NCBI GenBank assembly: GCA_963797555.1
Contig: CAWCPV010000003.1
Location: 963,610 to 1,027,609 of the forward strand
Source of the DNA: an uncultured Gammaproteobacteria bacterium
Lineage (GTDB): Bacteria; Pseudomonadota; Gammaproteobacteria; CAWCPV01
Reading direction: 5' to 3'
DNA: 64,000 bases
Made by a program: the position numbers and the translations under genes. The notes under the pieces are model-generated. The model searched no databases. It saw only the letters and a list, made by a program, of their open reading frames with translations, and was not told the origin of the DNA. Below, one piece after another: positions 10,936-21,173 of the stretch (positions within the stretch are counted from its first letter, which is position 1; the number at the start of each line of letters is the position of its first letter).

Positions 10936-11189
10936 CTTAGAGCAGGCGCCGGCGCCATCGCTGGCCACCCAGGCAGGACCTGAGCCGGCGTGAGTCGAGG
11001 TGCATATAGCCCGCCGTCTCGCCGCGAGCCACGGAAGCCCTCGGACACCTGCTGCTCCCACTGGGTCGCAGCCTGCGCCAGGGATTCTGCAAGGGCAGCA
11101 GGCGTTCGATCCGACTCACTGCGCCTGCGACCACGCTCCCGGCCCGGTGCAGCGTCAGGGAGCGGCGCCGGTCGCGCGCCGAAGGCGCA

Positions 11190-12377
11190 TCAGAGCCGCG
11201 CCTCTACAATCTCCAGGATCTCTTCGTCGTGGAGGACGATGGGGTTGGTCTTCATGCTGCTGCCCCGGCTGTTGGCGACGACCTCGTCGAGATCGGCCCG
11301 ATGCACGCCATAGACGCCCAGGCGCGGCAACCGCAAGCGCTCGGTCCATTCCGACAGGATGCGCCCCAGCGCCTCCCAGGCATCCTCCCGGCGCTCATGC
11401 TCACGCCCAGCGAGGAGGTCAGCCAACTGGGCGTATTTCGCCAGCGCCGGGTTCTCCGCCTCTCGGTCTCGCATCGCGCGGATGTTGATCGTGGTCGCCC
11501 CAGCCACGAGGGTCCCGCACACCACACCGTGGGGGATGGGAAAGAAGGCCCCCAAGGGGGAGGCCAGGCCGTGCACCGACCCGAGCCCGGTCTGGGCCAG
11601 GGCGATGCCCGAGATGAGAGCGGCGTAGGCCATCCTTTCGCGCCCCTCCGCCGCGCCATCGCTTCCCCCGAACCAGGCCAGCAAGCCGTCGCGCGCCGCC
11701 GCCAGGCCGCTCAGGGCGAGGGCGTCCGTCAAGGGATTCGCCTTGATGGACACAAAGGCCTCGATGAGCTGGGTCAGCGCATCCATGCCGTTGGCCGCGA
11801 TCAACTCGGACGGGCACGTGGCGAGGAGTTGCGGGTCCACGACGGCGTACTGGGGCACCAGGAGGTCGTGACGGAAAGACTTCTTGAACCCGTTCCTGCC
11901 GGGACGGCTCAGCACGGCGTTCTTGGTCGCCTCGCTGCCGGTCCCTGCGGTAGTGGGCACGGCGATGTAAGGCAGCGCAGGTCCCTCGTAAGCCAGTTGC
12001 GGTCCCACGCCCTCCAGGTAATCCAGGACCGACCTGCCGGTCGGGAGCAGCCCGGCGATGGCCTTGGCGGCATCGAGCACACTGCCGCCGCCGATCCCCA
12101 GCACGACCTCGAGCCCGGCACCGGTAAAGGCGCGTACCGTGTCGTCCACCAGTGCGGGTGAAGGCTCCCCACGCACCTTCGCATGCTCCCGGTGGAGGCC
12201 TCGTCTCTCCAAGCCGTCAATCAGCTCGCTCCAGGCCGGGGATTCCGGAAACGACCGTTCGCCCGTCACCACGAGCACCCGACGCCCGAAACCCTCCACC
12301 AGGCTCGGCAGCTTGGCGCAGCAGCCCGTGCCGAACTCGATGCGGGGAAGCCGCGCGATGGAGAATGGCCGGAGCAT
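11190..12377 (-). CDS. Iron-containing alcohol dehydrogenase
   Basis: GIGGGSVLDAAK, PTTAGTGSE, His motifs VHG and PHG. Confidence 0.93.
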   Translation of the reverse strand: MLRPFSIARLPRIEFGTGCCAKLPSLVEGFGRRVLVVTGERSFPESPAWSELIDGLERRGLHREHAKVRGEPSPALVDDTVRAFTGAGLEVVLGIGGGSVLDAAKAIAGLLPTGRSVLDYLEGVGPQLAYEGPALPYIAVPTTAGTGSEATKNAVLSRPGRNGFKKSFRHDLLVPQYAVVDPQLLATCPSELIAANGMDALTQLIEAFVSIKANPLTDALALSGLAAARDGLLAWFGGSDGAAEGRERMAYAALISGIALAQTGLGSVHGLASPLGAFFPIPHGVVCGTLVAGATTINIRAMRDREAENPALAKYAQLADLLAGREHERREDAWEALGRILSEWTERLRLPRLGVYGVHRADLDEVVANSRGSSMKTNPIVLHDEEILEIVEARL

Positions 12378-12682
12378 CACTGCTGCCCCACCTCCATGAT
12401 CAAGCCCCGATAAACAACGCCTTGGCGCGGCTCGGCCATCCAGTCGGCCACCGCCGCCCGCCATTTCAAGTAGTGGGCCGTCTCTTTGTGGCGCGCCGCT
12501 TCGGCGGGGGTCGCGTAGGCCTCGCAAAGGACGAACCGCGTCGGGTCGGCTTCCGATTGAAGGACGTTGAAACGCAGGTTGCCGGGCTCCCGGATAGAGG
12601 CCCCCTGGTTCTCCCGGGTGGCCGCGATGAACTCTGCGATGTGATCCGGCTTCACATGCACGTGTACCAGGGTGACATGCAT
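12377..12682 (-). CDS. ABM-family (LsrG-like) protein
   Basis: EPGNLRFNVLQ...HKETAHYLKWR; stop overlaps the ADH start. Confidence 0.85.
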   Translation of the reverse strand: MHVTLVHVHVKPDHIAEFIAATRENQGASIREPGNLRFNVLQSEADPTRFVLCEAYATPAEAARHKETAHYLKWRAAVADWMAEPRQGVVYRGLIMEVGQQ

Positions 12683-12976
12683 GGTGGTCGCTCCTCTGTC
12701 CTCAAGTGTCTTCGGTTTCGTCGTCAGCTCGACGCGGCCGCGGACAGGGTGCCGTCCGCAGCGCTCCGCCGCCCACCGTCGGCTTGCCCAGCCCTGCCTG
12801 GGCCATTGTGGCACAGACAGCCGCACCGAACGAAGCGGGCACCACAGTCGTCCTGCCAAACGCATGCCTGGCCGGGTATGTTAGACTGCCTTGCGGTCTC
12901 TGGCGCTTACGCTGCGACCGTGGAGGGTCGCCTACCCGTCAACCGGCCCCACAGCATCTGAGCATCGAATCCTTCC

Positions 12977-14722
12977 ATGTATCTGCAACATTTCGGGTTG
13001 CGGGAAGTTCCATTCGCGATCACCCCCGACCCACGCTACCTCTACCTCAGCGAGCGTCACCGCGAGGCCCTCGCCCACTTGCTCTATGGAATCGGTGAAG
13101 GGGGAGGCTTCGTACAACTTACCGGTGAGGTAGGAACCGGCAAGACCACGCTGTGCCGCTGTCTTTTGGACCAGCTCCCATCCAACGTGGACGTGGCGCT
13201 GATTCTGAACCCCCGGGTCACGCCCCACGAGCTGGTTGCCAGCGTCTGCGACGAGCTGCGCGTCGGATATCCCGCCGGCACCGCCAGCCTCAAGGTGCTG
13301 GTGGACGCCCTCAACCAGCACCTGCTGGAGGCCCACGCCCGAGGGCGCCGCACCGTAGTCATCATCGACGAGGCCCAGAACTTGGATCGCGACGTGTTGG
13401 AACAGGTGCGCCTGCTGACCAACCTTGAAACCCCCCGCGACAAGCTGCTGCAGATTATCCTCATCGGCCAACCGGAGCTTCTCAAGCTCCTGGATCGACC
13501 AGAGCTTCGTCAGCTCGCGCAGCGCGTGACGGCCCGTTACCACCTGGCGCCGCTGTCCCGCCATGAGACCAGTGCCTATATCCGCCACCGCCTGGCGGTG
13601 AGCGGTGCGCATGAGGATGTATTCACGGGGGCGGCGGCGCGCCGGATCTACGCCCTCTCCGGCGGCATCCCGCGGCTGGTCAACGTCATCTGTGACCGGG
13701 CTCTGCTGGGTGCCTACGCTCTGAACGAGCACCAGGTGGACGCTGCAACGGTCCGCAAGGCAGCCGCTGAAGCGTTGGGTCGGCGCCTTCGGCCTTGGTA
13801 CCTGTCCCCGTGGGTCTGGGCCTCTGGTCTCACTGTGGCCGTCGCGGCGGTATGGCCCGTGCTGCCCGTGGACAGGCTGCTCGGGCCGCATGCATCTGGG
13901 CCCGCAGGCGGCGAGAAAGCCGCGCTTGCGGCATCCTCATCGCCCGCGTCGTCGTCGGACCAGAGGACCCGAGCGCCGCCGTCCCAACCAGCGCCGACAC
14001 CGACCGTCGCGGCGCTCCACCCGTCCGAGCCGACGCCCGCGTCCGCCGCGGATCCCCTGGCGGCGCTCCTTTCGGACCAGCCGGCCGCGACCGATCGGGC
14101 CTCCGCCTTCGACGCGCTGTTCGCCCAGTGGGGACTGAGCTACGCCGCGATCCCCGGCGACAGCGCCTGCGAGCGAGCACGCAGCCAGGGGCTGCAGTGC
14201 TCGTTCCGCTCCGGGGATTGGGACAGCTTGCGCAAGCTCAATCGGCCGGCCGTCATCGAGCTGGTGGCCCCCGACGGCGACGAACGCTATGCAGCCGCCA
14301 CCCGACTGGAAGGGGATCGGGTCACGTTGCACATCGCGGGCCAAGAGGACGCGCTGCCGATCAGTGAGCTGAGCCCCTATTGGTCGGGCCAGTTCATCAT
14401 CCTCTGGAGGCCCCCGGCCATCGGCACGCAGATCATCTCCCACGGCACTCGCGGCCGGGCCGTGCGGTGGCTTCGCGATCGGCTTCGGCGCATCGACGGC
14501 CGACCGCTCCCTGCGGCGGATCCGGACAGCTATGACGCAGGGCTTCAGGCGCGCGTCGTCGCGTTCCAGCGCCAGCGGGGACTGACCCCCGATGGCATCG
14601 TGGGAGAACAGACCCTGATAGAGATCACCAACGCAGCGGGAGACCCGGCCCGTCCGCTACTGTCGCCGCCTGACCGCGGAGGAGTGCATGTCCTACATCC
14701 TGGAGGCGCTGAAGAAGGCTGA
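12977..14722 (+). CDS. exeA: ExeA/GspA family ATPase with C-terminal peptidoglycan-binding domain
   Basis: MYLQHFGL..PF, GEVGTGKT, IIDEAQ, C-terminal FQRQRGLTPDGIVG. Confidence 0.92.
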   Translation: MYLQHFGLREVPFAITPDPRYLYLSERHREALAHLLYGIGEGGGFVQLTGEVGTGKTTLCRCLLDQLPSNVDVALILNPRVTPHELVASVCDELRVGYPAGTASLKVLVDALNQHLLEAHARGRRTVVIIDEAQNLDRDVLEQVRLLTNLETPRDKLLQIILIGQPELLKLLDRPELRQLAQRVTARYHLAPLSRHETSAYIRHRLAVSGAHEDVFTGAAARRIYALSGGIPRLVNVICDRALLGAYALNEHQVDAATVRKAAAEALGRRLRPWYLSPWVWASGLTVAVAAVWPVLPVDRLLGPHASGPAGGEKAALAASSSPASSSDQRTRAPPSQPAPTPTVAALHPSEPTPASAADPLAALLSDQPAATDRASAFDALFAQWGLSYAAIPGDSACERARSQGLQCSFRSGDWDSLRKLNRPAVIELVAPDGDERYAAATRLEGDRVTLHIAGQEDALPISELSPYWSGQFIILWRPPAIGTQIISHGTRGRAVRWLRDRLRRIDGRPLPAADPDSYDAGLQARVVAFQRQRGLTPDGIVGEQTLIEITNAAGDPARPLLSPPDRGGVHVLHPGGAEEG

Positions 14723-15506
14723 GCGGGAGCGGCAGCAGGGCCGCCCGCCCGGGCCCATGACTGTCCAAGAACCCGGCGCAGCGCCGCACCATCCGCGTTG
14801 GGTGTGGCTGCTCACCGCAGCCCTCCTGGCCAACGCGTTACTGTTGGGGCTGTTCTGGCGCCGCCAGATCCCGGACCGGGCGTCGGCAGCCCCGACGCCG
14901 GTGGTTCAAGCCGTAGCGCCGGCCGCACACGCCGTGCGCCCGACTCAGGCGCCGCCAGCCGCCCCGCCGGCATCCGCAGCGGCGCGCGCGCCGGTGGACG
15001 AGAAAAAGCCGGAAGGAATCGGGCACCGCGCGCCCGCGACCTCCGACCGGCCAGAGCCGGCGCAAGCAGTTCTCCCGGAGCCGGAGGCAGCCGATGCTTC
15101 GGACACTCCGGAGCCGGCGGAAGAGCGAGAGCCTACCGCGCCGCCCCAAGCCCCGGCATTCGTGCCGCCTCCGCCCCCCGCACCGGCTCCCAAAGCCCCG
15201 TTCCCCGCCCCGCCTCCCAAACAGGCCGCCGCCGCGCCCCAAGTCGTGCGCGCGCCTCCGGCAGCGGCCCCGCTGCTCACCGCACCGCTCATGGAGCAAC
15301 TCCCCGAGGCCGTGCGTCAGTCGCTGCCCGCCATCCGAGTCGACGCCCTTCTCTATGCCGAGCGCCCCGCGGAGCGGATGGTGTTCATCGATGGCCGGCG
15401 CTACCGAGAGGGAGACACCGTCTCCGAGGGGCTGCGCATCGAGGAGATCAGACGCGACGGGGTCATCCTCAGCTATAAGGGTGAGCGCTTCATGGTGCAT
15501 TCCTGA
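14688..15506 (+). CDS. exeB: ExeB/GspB
   Basis: MSYILEALKKAERER, TM helix, Pro/Ala-rich linker, GspB C-terminal domain. Confidence 0.9.
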   Translation: MSYILEALKKAERERQQGRPPGPMTVQEPGAAPHHPRWVWLLTAALLANALLLGLFWRRQIPDRASAAPTPVVQAVAPAAHAVRPTQAPPAAPPASAAARAPVDEKKPEGIGHRAPATSDRPEPAQAVLPEPEAADASDTPEPAEEREPTAPPQAPAFVPPPPPAPAPKAPFPAPPPKQAAAAPQVVRAPPAAAPLLTAPLMEQLPEAVRQSLPAIRVDALLYAERPAERMVFIDGRRYREGDTVSEGLRIEEIRRDGVILSYKGERFMVHS

Positions 15507-15508
15507 AC
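14886..15508 (+). repeat. Copy 1 of a diverged ~625-bp direct repeat (exeB 3' part)
   Basis: Matches 23820..24449 from GCAGCCCCGACGCCGG to GCATTCCTGAAC. Confidence 0.95.
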
Positions 15509-15584
15509 AATGGCAAGGCTCGTCGTCCTGCCTAACGCGGATCAGGCACTACTGCGACAGGTCCCGTGTATGGCGATAGCCCTC

Positions 15585-16274
15585 TCAATCCGCCTTGCCT
15601 CGCCCGAACAGCTTGTCCAACACCAAATGCGTCGGCAGGTAAAACACCACCGGAAACAGTAGCATCAACATCCCAAGCCATACCTGCGGGTGCACCCATT
15701 TCTGCGGCCCAGCGTCGCTCGGCCCGTAGACATAATTGATATTCACCGCTGCGCTCGGGTTGCTGACCGGTGCCGGCGGCGCTGGCAGCAAAAGGTAGCA
15801 GATCAGCAGCACGGCCCACCCACACAGCACTTGCAGCGCAAACGCCTTTCGTTCATAGCGGAGCTTCCAGATCAGCCATACGAGCAGGATCGGCAGCCAG
15901 ATGTGAAATGTCGAGAGTCCGCGCACGAACAGCGGGATACTCGAATCGAACATGTACGCCGTCATGCCTAGCGGCGATTTGTGCAGAATAGCCATGGAGA
16001 GGTAGTCCGCCATCCATACCGCTTGGGGCGGCAGTATGGAGACCCCCTGCATGCTCGCCAGCAATCCACTCTCGAACCACAGCGCCAGGAGCGTCGCCAG
16101 CAAAGCGATATCGCAGAAGTAAAGGAAGTTGGCCGGTCCGTAGTTGACCCAGTAGTAGGGAACGACGACCGCCACAAAGAGCGTGTAAAGAACCTTCACA
16201 GCCGGCGGGATCTGGCTGCCGGCGCGAACGGTCGTAGCATCATCACGCATCGTCATCTTAATTTCGGGCGTCAT
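15585..16274 (-). CDS. Multi-pass membrane protein of unknown function
   Basis: Several TM segments, NFLYFCD and NINYVYG motifs; its ATG lies in the IS target duplication. Confidence 0.8.
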   Translation of the reverse strand: MTPEIKMTMRDDATTVRAGSQIPPAVKVLYTLFVAVVVPYYWVNYGPANFLYFCDIALLATLLALWFESGLLASMQGVSILPPQAVWMADYLSMAILHKSPLGMTAYMFDSSIPLFVRGLSTFHIWLPILLVWLIWKLRYERKAFALQVLCGWAVLLICYLLLPAPPAPVSNPSAAVNINYVYGPSDAGPQKWVHPQVWLGMLMLLFPVVFYLPTHLVLDKLFGRGKAD

Positions 16275-16279
16275 CTCGA

Positions 16280-17806
16280 GGCTCTTTCCGGAATCGTGTG
16301 GGTAGCAATGCCTATGGCGTGGGGGCGTCTGCCTGATCTCTGACACCAGGGGGTGTGTTGAACGGCGAGGCGGGCAGGTGGGCGAGATTGCCGGCGATGA
16401 GGTAGGCGATGGTGATGAGCGAGTGCGTGGTGCGGTAGCCCCGGGCGCGAGCCTTGGCGGCCTGGATGAGGGAGTTGATGCCCTCGGCGCGGCCGTTGGT
16501 GAGGCCGGAGTGGAATGCGGCGAGCACGCCGTCCCAGTGCTCTTTCAGGGTAGTGGCGAGGCGTTTCATGGGCTGCAGGCGGCTACGCCGTGCCCAGCTA
16601 TACCAGCGCCCGAGGGCGCTCTCGGCCTGCTCGAGGGTGCTGGCCGTGGCGTAGATATCGCGCAGCGCCTCCTTGAGGCGCCAGGCACGGGCGGTTTTGA
16701 GGCGGCGCGGGAGAGCCAGTGGAAGTCGGTGAGCTGGTCCCAGGTCCAGTCGTGGGCGTCTTTGAGCCAGGTCCAGCGGGTGCCCCTGAGGGCGGGCTCG
16801 GTCTTGATCTCCTGGCGGCGCACCGCGTCGACCGCCTCGTTGGCGAGCTTGATCACGTGGAAGGCATCGAAGCTCACCGTAGCCTGAGGCAGATGCTTGG
16901 CCACCCCGGCGCGGTAGGCGGCGGACATGTCGATGCACACCTGCTCGATGGCCTGCGGGTCGCCGCCATGGGTACGAAGGTCGGCGGCGAAGGCCGCCAC
17001 GGTGCTCTGGTCGCGGCCCTCGCAGGCGAACAGCAGGCGTTTTCCCGTGAGGTCATGGAACAGGCTGATGTAGTGCTGTCCACGCCGGGCAGCGGTCTCG
17101 TCCAGGCCCACAGCGCTCACCTGCGAGTGGTCCTCCTGAGCGCGGGCCCTGCCTACGTAGTGATCGAGCACCCCCCACAGGCGCTCATCGCCCACACCCA
17201 GGTGCCGAGCCACGGTCGCCACCGGCGGGGCCTGGCACAGCGTGACCACCAGCGCCTCCATCAGCGCCGTGAAGCCACTGTGTGCGCGCGCCCACGGCGG
17301 TTCGACCTGGGTCGTCTTGCCGCAGGCCTCGCAGCGCACTCGCGGCAGATGCGCGTGCAGGTACGCCCGTGACTTAAAGAAGCTCAGGTGCTGCCAACTG
17401 CGCTCCCGGGTGTCGTGCACCGGCTGGCCTTGCACTCCGCAGGCCGGGCAGGCAAAGCGGCTGCCCTTGGCAAACGCCACATCGAGGTCGATGCGCCCAG
17501 CCTCGGGGTCGAACCGCACGTCGGTGACCTCCCAAGGCGCTGTCAGGCCCAGTGCCGTGGTAAACAGATGCGTGGGCTGCACGGTGCTCCCCCCCTTGGA
17601 TGACGGCCTGTGGATTTGTGGACGAGCCCTGCGGAGCGGCCCGCGTCCCAAGGACCGTGTGGACAACCTCCCGGTTGCCCACACTCGCGGGCCTCTCGCC
17701 CACAACCCCACAAGCCCACAAGCCCAACCACAAGATGTTGTGATAAGCGACCGGTCAGGGCAAATGCTACTTGACTACCACGACCCACACAATTGCCGAA
17801 AGAGCC
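16280..17806 (-). mobile_element. ISL3-family insertion sequence
   Basis: Inverted ends GGCTCTTTCCGGAATCGTGTGGGT / GGCTCTTTCGGCAATTGTGTGGGT; 8-bp target duplication CATCTCGA at 16272-16279 and 17807-17814. Confidence 0.95.
16312..17582 (-). pseudogene. ISL3 transposase with one frameshift near 16705
   Basis: CPACG/CEACG zinc finger, GLDE, CIDMS, FDAFHV, TNGRAEGINS split across two frames. Confidence 0.9.
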
Positions 17807-18257
17807 CATCTCGAGCCTCCTCGTCTATTGAACCACTCCGTGAACACTGAGAGTTCTGGGCAGAAGCCTGTGCCAGTCAGCTCCTACCGGCTGTCTGGCA
17901 CCTTGGAACGCTCAGCCCAGTGCGCGGCCAGTTGCTGAGATCCAGATGCACACCGCTGTCCGGATCTATGAAGAAGACTGCCTACTAAGGCTTGCACCCC
18001 TGCCCTGCCCGACGCGCATAGTTGGGTGGGACCTAGCCTGCCATGCGCGCGTCGCCCGGATGGCAACGTCGCTGCGCGTCTTGTCAACTCCGCGGCCCGG
18101 CTGCGGAACCCAGTGGTACCACCTCGCGGCCACCCCCCTCCCGGTTTGGCGATACTCGAACCAGATCACGCTGGTCCCTTCGCTCCCGTTGCTGCGTCCG
18201 CCATCGAGGCCCAGGTGCCAACCCAGCGACTCGTTCAACAGGCTGTCCGGACGCTTG

Positions 18258-19082
18258 TCAGCGCACATGCGGGTACTGTCTTTTCACAATCGCGGCGAGC
18301 AGGTCGACCACCACATTTTCCAGCCATGCGTCCGTGCGCAACGGCCGGAAAAGCATCCGTTTCGCCTGTTCAAAAGGAAAATACTGCCTCATGACCATAC
18401 CGGCTGCAGAGAGAAATTGTCCGTAAGACATCGGCTCAAATGGCATCCGGCTTCTCCAGCACAAATTGAGCGGTCGAAAGGCCAGCGCGATGTCTTCATC
18501 TCTCACCAGCTTGCTTCGACCGACGACGGTGCCCGCTTTCCGCCATAAGGAGTTGCTTGCGATCCGTTCGTGCCTGTCGAAGATGTCTCGAAAATACGCA
18601 TAATGGCGCACCTCGTCGGTGCTCAGCCGCTTCATGAGAGCCTTGAGCTGCGGATCTCCGGTGTAGGAACCGATGCAGCGGTAGATCATGGTCGCCTGGG
18701 TTTCGGTAACGCATCTAGCCAATGCCTCCAATCCCGGCGAAGGGCGAAGGAGCCGGGAGTCGCAACGCGGCGCATAGTGTTCGAGAAATTCCTCGTAACC
18801 GATGACCCAGTCAAACTCCGGCCACACGCTCCTTATGTATGCCTTCGCCAGCTCCCCGTGCAAAGCCTCCTCAGGCCACCACACAGTCTCGAGCCACTCG
18901 CTGACCTGGGGATCGTCTCCGAAAAAGGGAGCCAAGTTCTCGACGTAAGTTCCTGCGGTGCTCTCCAAAAACGAAACAGCCGCTAACGCATAGAAGGTAA
19001 AAGCGTCGGAACGTGAGCAGCAATGCTCTCCACGTCCCGCGAGCGCGACGGCACGTCGGGTTGCAGCGGCTTGTTGTGGCAT
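18258..19082 (-). CDS. Ferritin-like (diiron) domain protein
   Basis: SFLE...EEALHG...TE...DEVRH, i.e. two E...ExxH pairs. Confidence 0.8.
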   Translation of the reverse strand: MPQQAAATRRAVALAGRGEHCCSRSDAFTFYALAAVSFLESTAGTYVENLAPFFGDDPQVSEWLETVWWPEEALHGELAKAYIRSVWPEFDWVIGYEEFLEHYAPRCDSRLLRPSPGLEALARCVTETQATMIYRCIGSYTGDPQLKALMKRLSTDEVRHYAYFRDIFDRHERIASNSLWRKAGTVVGRSKLVRDEDIALAFRPLNLCWRSRMPFEPMSYGQFLSAAGMVMRQYFPFEQAKRMLFRPLRTDAWLENVVVDLLAAIVKRQYPHVR

Positions 19083-19127
19083 GGACGGTCCCTCAAGGTA
19101 TGGCGGTCACTCCCGCCACAGAGCCTG

Positions 19128-19145
19128 AGTCAAAGTCGGTGCCAA
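19128..19145 (-). promoter_or_regulatory. Sigma54-type promoter (GG-N10-GA variant) of the ferritin-like gene
   Basis: TTGGCACCGACTTTGACT; 15/18 identical to 22360..22377. Confidence 0.6.
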
Positions 19146-19252
19146 AACGGGCGGGTGCGGCTGGACCATGGCAGGCCAACGATCTGCGTCCGGTGGTACC
19201 GTGTGGTGCTGCTGATCAATCGGCCTCGGACGGATGCAGAAAAGGGCAAACC

Positions 19253-19292
19253 ATGCATAAAGGAGTACACTCAATGTATAGCATCTCGATGC
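19253..19292. promoter_or_regulatory. Candidate upstream activator sequence, copy 1
   Basis: ATGCA-N7-GTAC-N5-ATGTA-N7-TCGATGC; recurs at 22486..22524 at the same distance from a matching promoter. Confidence 0.55.
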
Positions 19293-19343
19293 GGTCCTTT
19301 CGGTCCGAGAGCAAATCCCCTAGCCTGCGGCAGGGTCATCGTT

Positions 19344-20894
19344 ATGGCATTCCTAAGTGATAGTGAACGTCGGCTCGCACAGACGGTTACCCGCCTCGGC
19401 TACTGCAACCCGTTTCTCCCGGAACGCATCGCATACGAACGCGAAGCACTGGGGGAGCAGTTCGTCGAGGAGGCCGCCGTGTGGAGTTTGCGTGCCGGTG
19501 TCGACGGCGAGCGGGAGAACCTGCAGCGCATTACGCAGCGGGTCGCGCCCCTCGTCGAGAAACTCTGCGGGCGGCTCAAGCGTGGGGAGCGCCCGAGCGA
19601 CTCCGACCAGACGCTGTATGAAGATCTCACACTGTTTCTGCTCTACCATCGTTATCGCGAGGACTTTCAGGGTGCGATCGACCAGACGCTGAAGACGGGG
19701 TCCTCACCCCGCTTCGCGTTCTACGACCGCTTTCAGAGGGATGCGGTTGGCTACGTGGACGTTCCCGGACTGTCCATTGGGTGCAGGGACGAGCTGCCGC
19801 ATCTCTTCGCGTGCTTCTACCAGCTTCGGCGGGCGTTTCATCAAATCTTCAGCTACATCGTTGGGGTATCGATGCCGGCGGCGAAGCTGCGCGCAGCGGT
19901 GTGGCAGTCGATCTTCACGCACGATATGCGCCGCCACCGCCGCATCCTTTACGATCGGATGGGCGACATCGCCACACTTATCACCGGCCAAACCGGAACC
20001 GGTAAGGAGTTGGTGGCACGAGCCATCGGTCTGTCGCGCTATATCCCCTTTGATCCTCGCAGCTCCAGCTTCACGGACGATTTCCGTGAATCATTCCACG
20101 CGTTGAACCTCTCGGCTCTATCGCCCACTCTCATAGAATCCGAGCTGTTCGGCCACCGCCGCGGTGCGTTTACTGGCGCCCATGCCGATCGGCTTGGGTG
20201 GTTCGAGGTTTGCCGGCCGCTGGGCACGGTGTTCCTCGACGAAATCGGGGAGCTGGATGCGTCCATCCAGGTCAAACTGCTGCGCCTGCTCCAGACGCGC
20301 ACCTTTCAGCGCCTGGGCGACACCCGGACTCAACGCTTTTACGGCAAAGTGGTCGCGGCGACGAATCGGGACCTTGGTGCAGACATGGACTCGGGCCGCT
20401 TTCGCCGCGATCTCTATTATCGCCTCTGCTCGGACATGATCTTGACGCCGGCACTTGCCGAGCAGGTAAGGGATGCGCCTGATGAGCTGCGCAACCTGGT
20501 CTTATTTATCGCTCGGCGTCTGGTAGGTGATGAGGCAGAAGCGCTCACCGGGGAGGTCGTCGCCTGGATTGAGCAGCACTTGGGGCTCGATTATGGCTGG
20601 CCAGGAAACATACGCGAGTTGGAGCAGTGCGTATGTAACATAATGATCCGCAGAGAGTATCGACCCCAGGTGAGGGTGGGCAGCGCGCCCCGCGAAGTGG
20701 ATTCGCTCATGCCCCTGTTCCGCTCGATGCGGTCAGGCGAGCTGACAGCGGAGGAGGCATTGCGGAAGTATTGCACCATCGTCTATGCGCATACGGGTAG
20801 CTATGAGGCGGCGGCGCGAAAACTTGGCCTGGACCGGCGCACGGTGAAAGCGAAGGTAGATGCAGAGTTGCTCGATGCGCTTCGATTGAAATGA
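19344..20894 (+). CDS. Sigma54-dependent activator with an unrecognised N-terminal domain
   Basis: GQTGTGKE, ESELFGH, GAFTGA, FLDEIG, WPGNIRELE, C-terminal HTH. Confidence 0.92.
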   Translation: MAFLSDSERRLAQTVTRLGYCNPFLPERIAYEREALGEQFVEEAAVWSLRAGVDGERENLQRITQRVAPLVEKLCGRLKRGERPSDSDQTLYEDLTLFLLYHRYREDFQGAIDQTLKTGSSPRFAFYDRFQRDAVGYVDVPGLSIGCRDELPHLFACFYQLRRAFHQIFSYIVGVSMPAAKLRAAVWQSIFTHDMRRHRRILYDRMGDIATLITGQTGTGKELVARAIGLSRYIPFDPRSSSFTDDFRESFHALNLSALSPTLIESELFGHRRGAFTGAHADRLGWFEVCRPLGTVFLDEIGELDASIQVKLLRLLQTRTFQRLGDTRTQRFYGKVVAATNRDLGADMDSGRFRRDLYYRLCSDMILTPALAEQVRDAPDELRNLVLFIARRLVGDEAEALTGEVVAWIEQHLGLDYGWPGNIRELEQCVCNIMIRREYRPQVRVGSAPREVDSLMPLFRSMRSGELTAEEALRKYCTIVYAHTGSYEAAARKLGLDRRTVKAKVDAELLDALRLK

Positions 20895-21173
20895 CATGCG
20901 GTTGGACGGCTCCCCCGAAGACCCTTCCGATGCCTCCACTCGGGAGCTGTTGAGGAACGAAAGTGTGGCAACGCACTGGAGCGAAACCAGGGTTATAAGA
21001 CCTATCCCGGGGACCGTCTGACGATCACCGGCGCTGGGCGCAAGAATGGCTTCTGGCACTAGGACGCTCACCTGAAGGTCCGAATCCGGGCTTCCACCCC
21101 CCGTGGGCAGGAGAGAACTCCGCCTCCACCGTGCCACCGGAGTGTGGAAGCCCCTCCCGCAAGGACGTTATGA

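Noticed and set aside
15510-15521. ATGGCAAGGCTC recurring at 32008 as a possible att site
   Set aside because: A 12-bp match is expected by chance in 64 kb of GC-rich DNA.
17858-17876. TGGCACAGGCTTCTGC as a sigma54 promoter for the membrane protein gene
   Set aside because: GG-to-GC spacing is 11, not the required 10.
17966-18268. 100-aa ORF overlapping the ferritin-like gene's stop
   Set aside because: No recognisable motif and non-protein-like composition; cannot be supported as a gene.
19240-19300. GGGCAAACC as the start of a c-di-GMP-I riboswitch
   Set aside because: No GNRA-capped P2 stem or GACGCAAAG junction follows.
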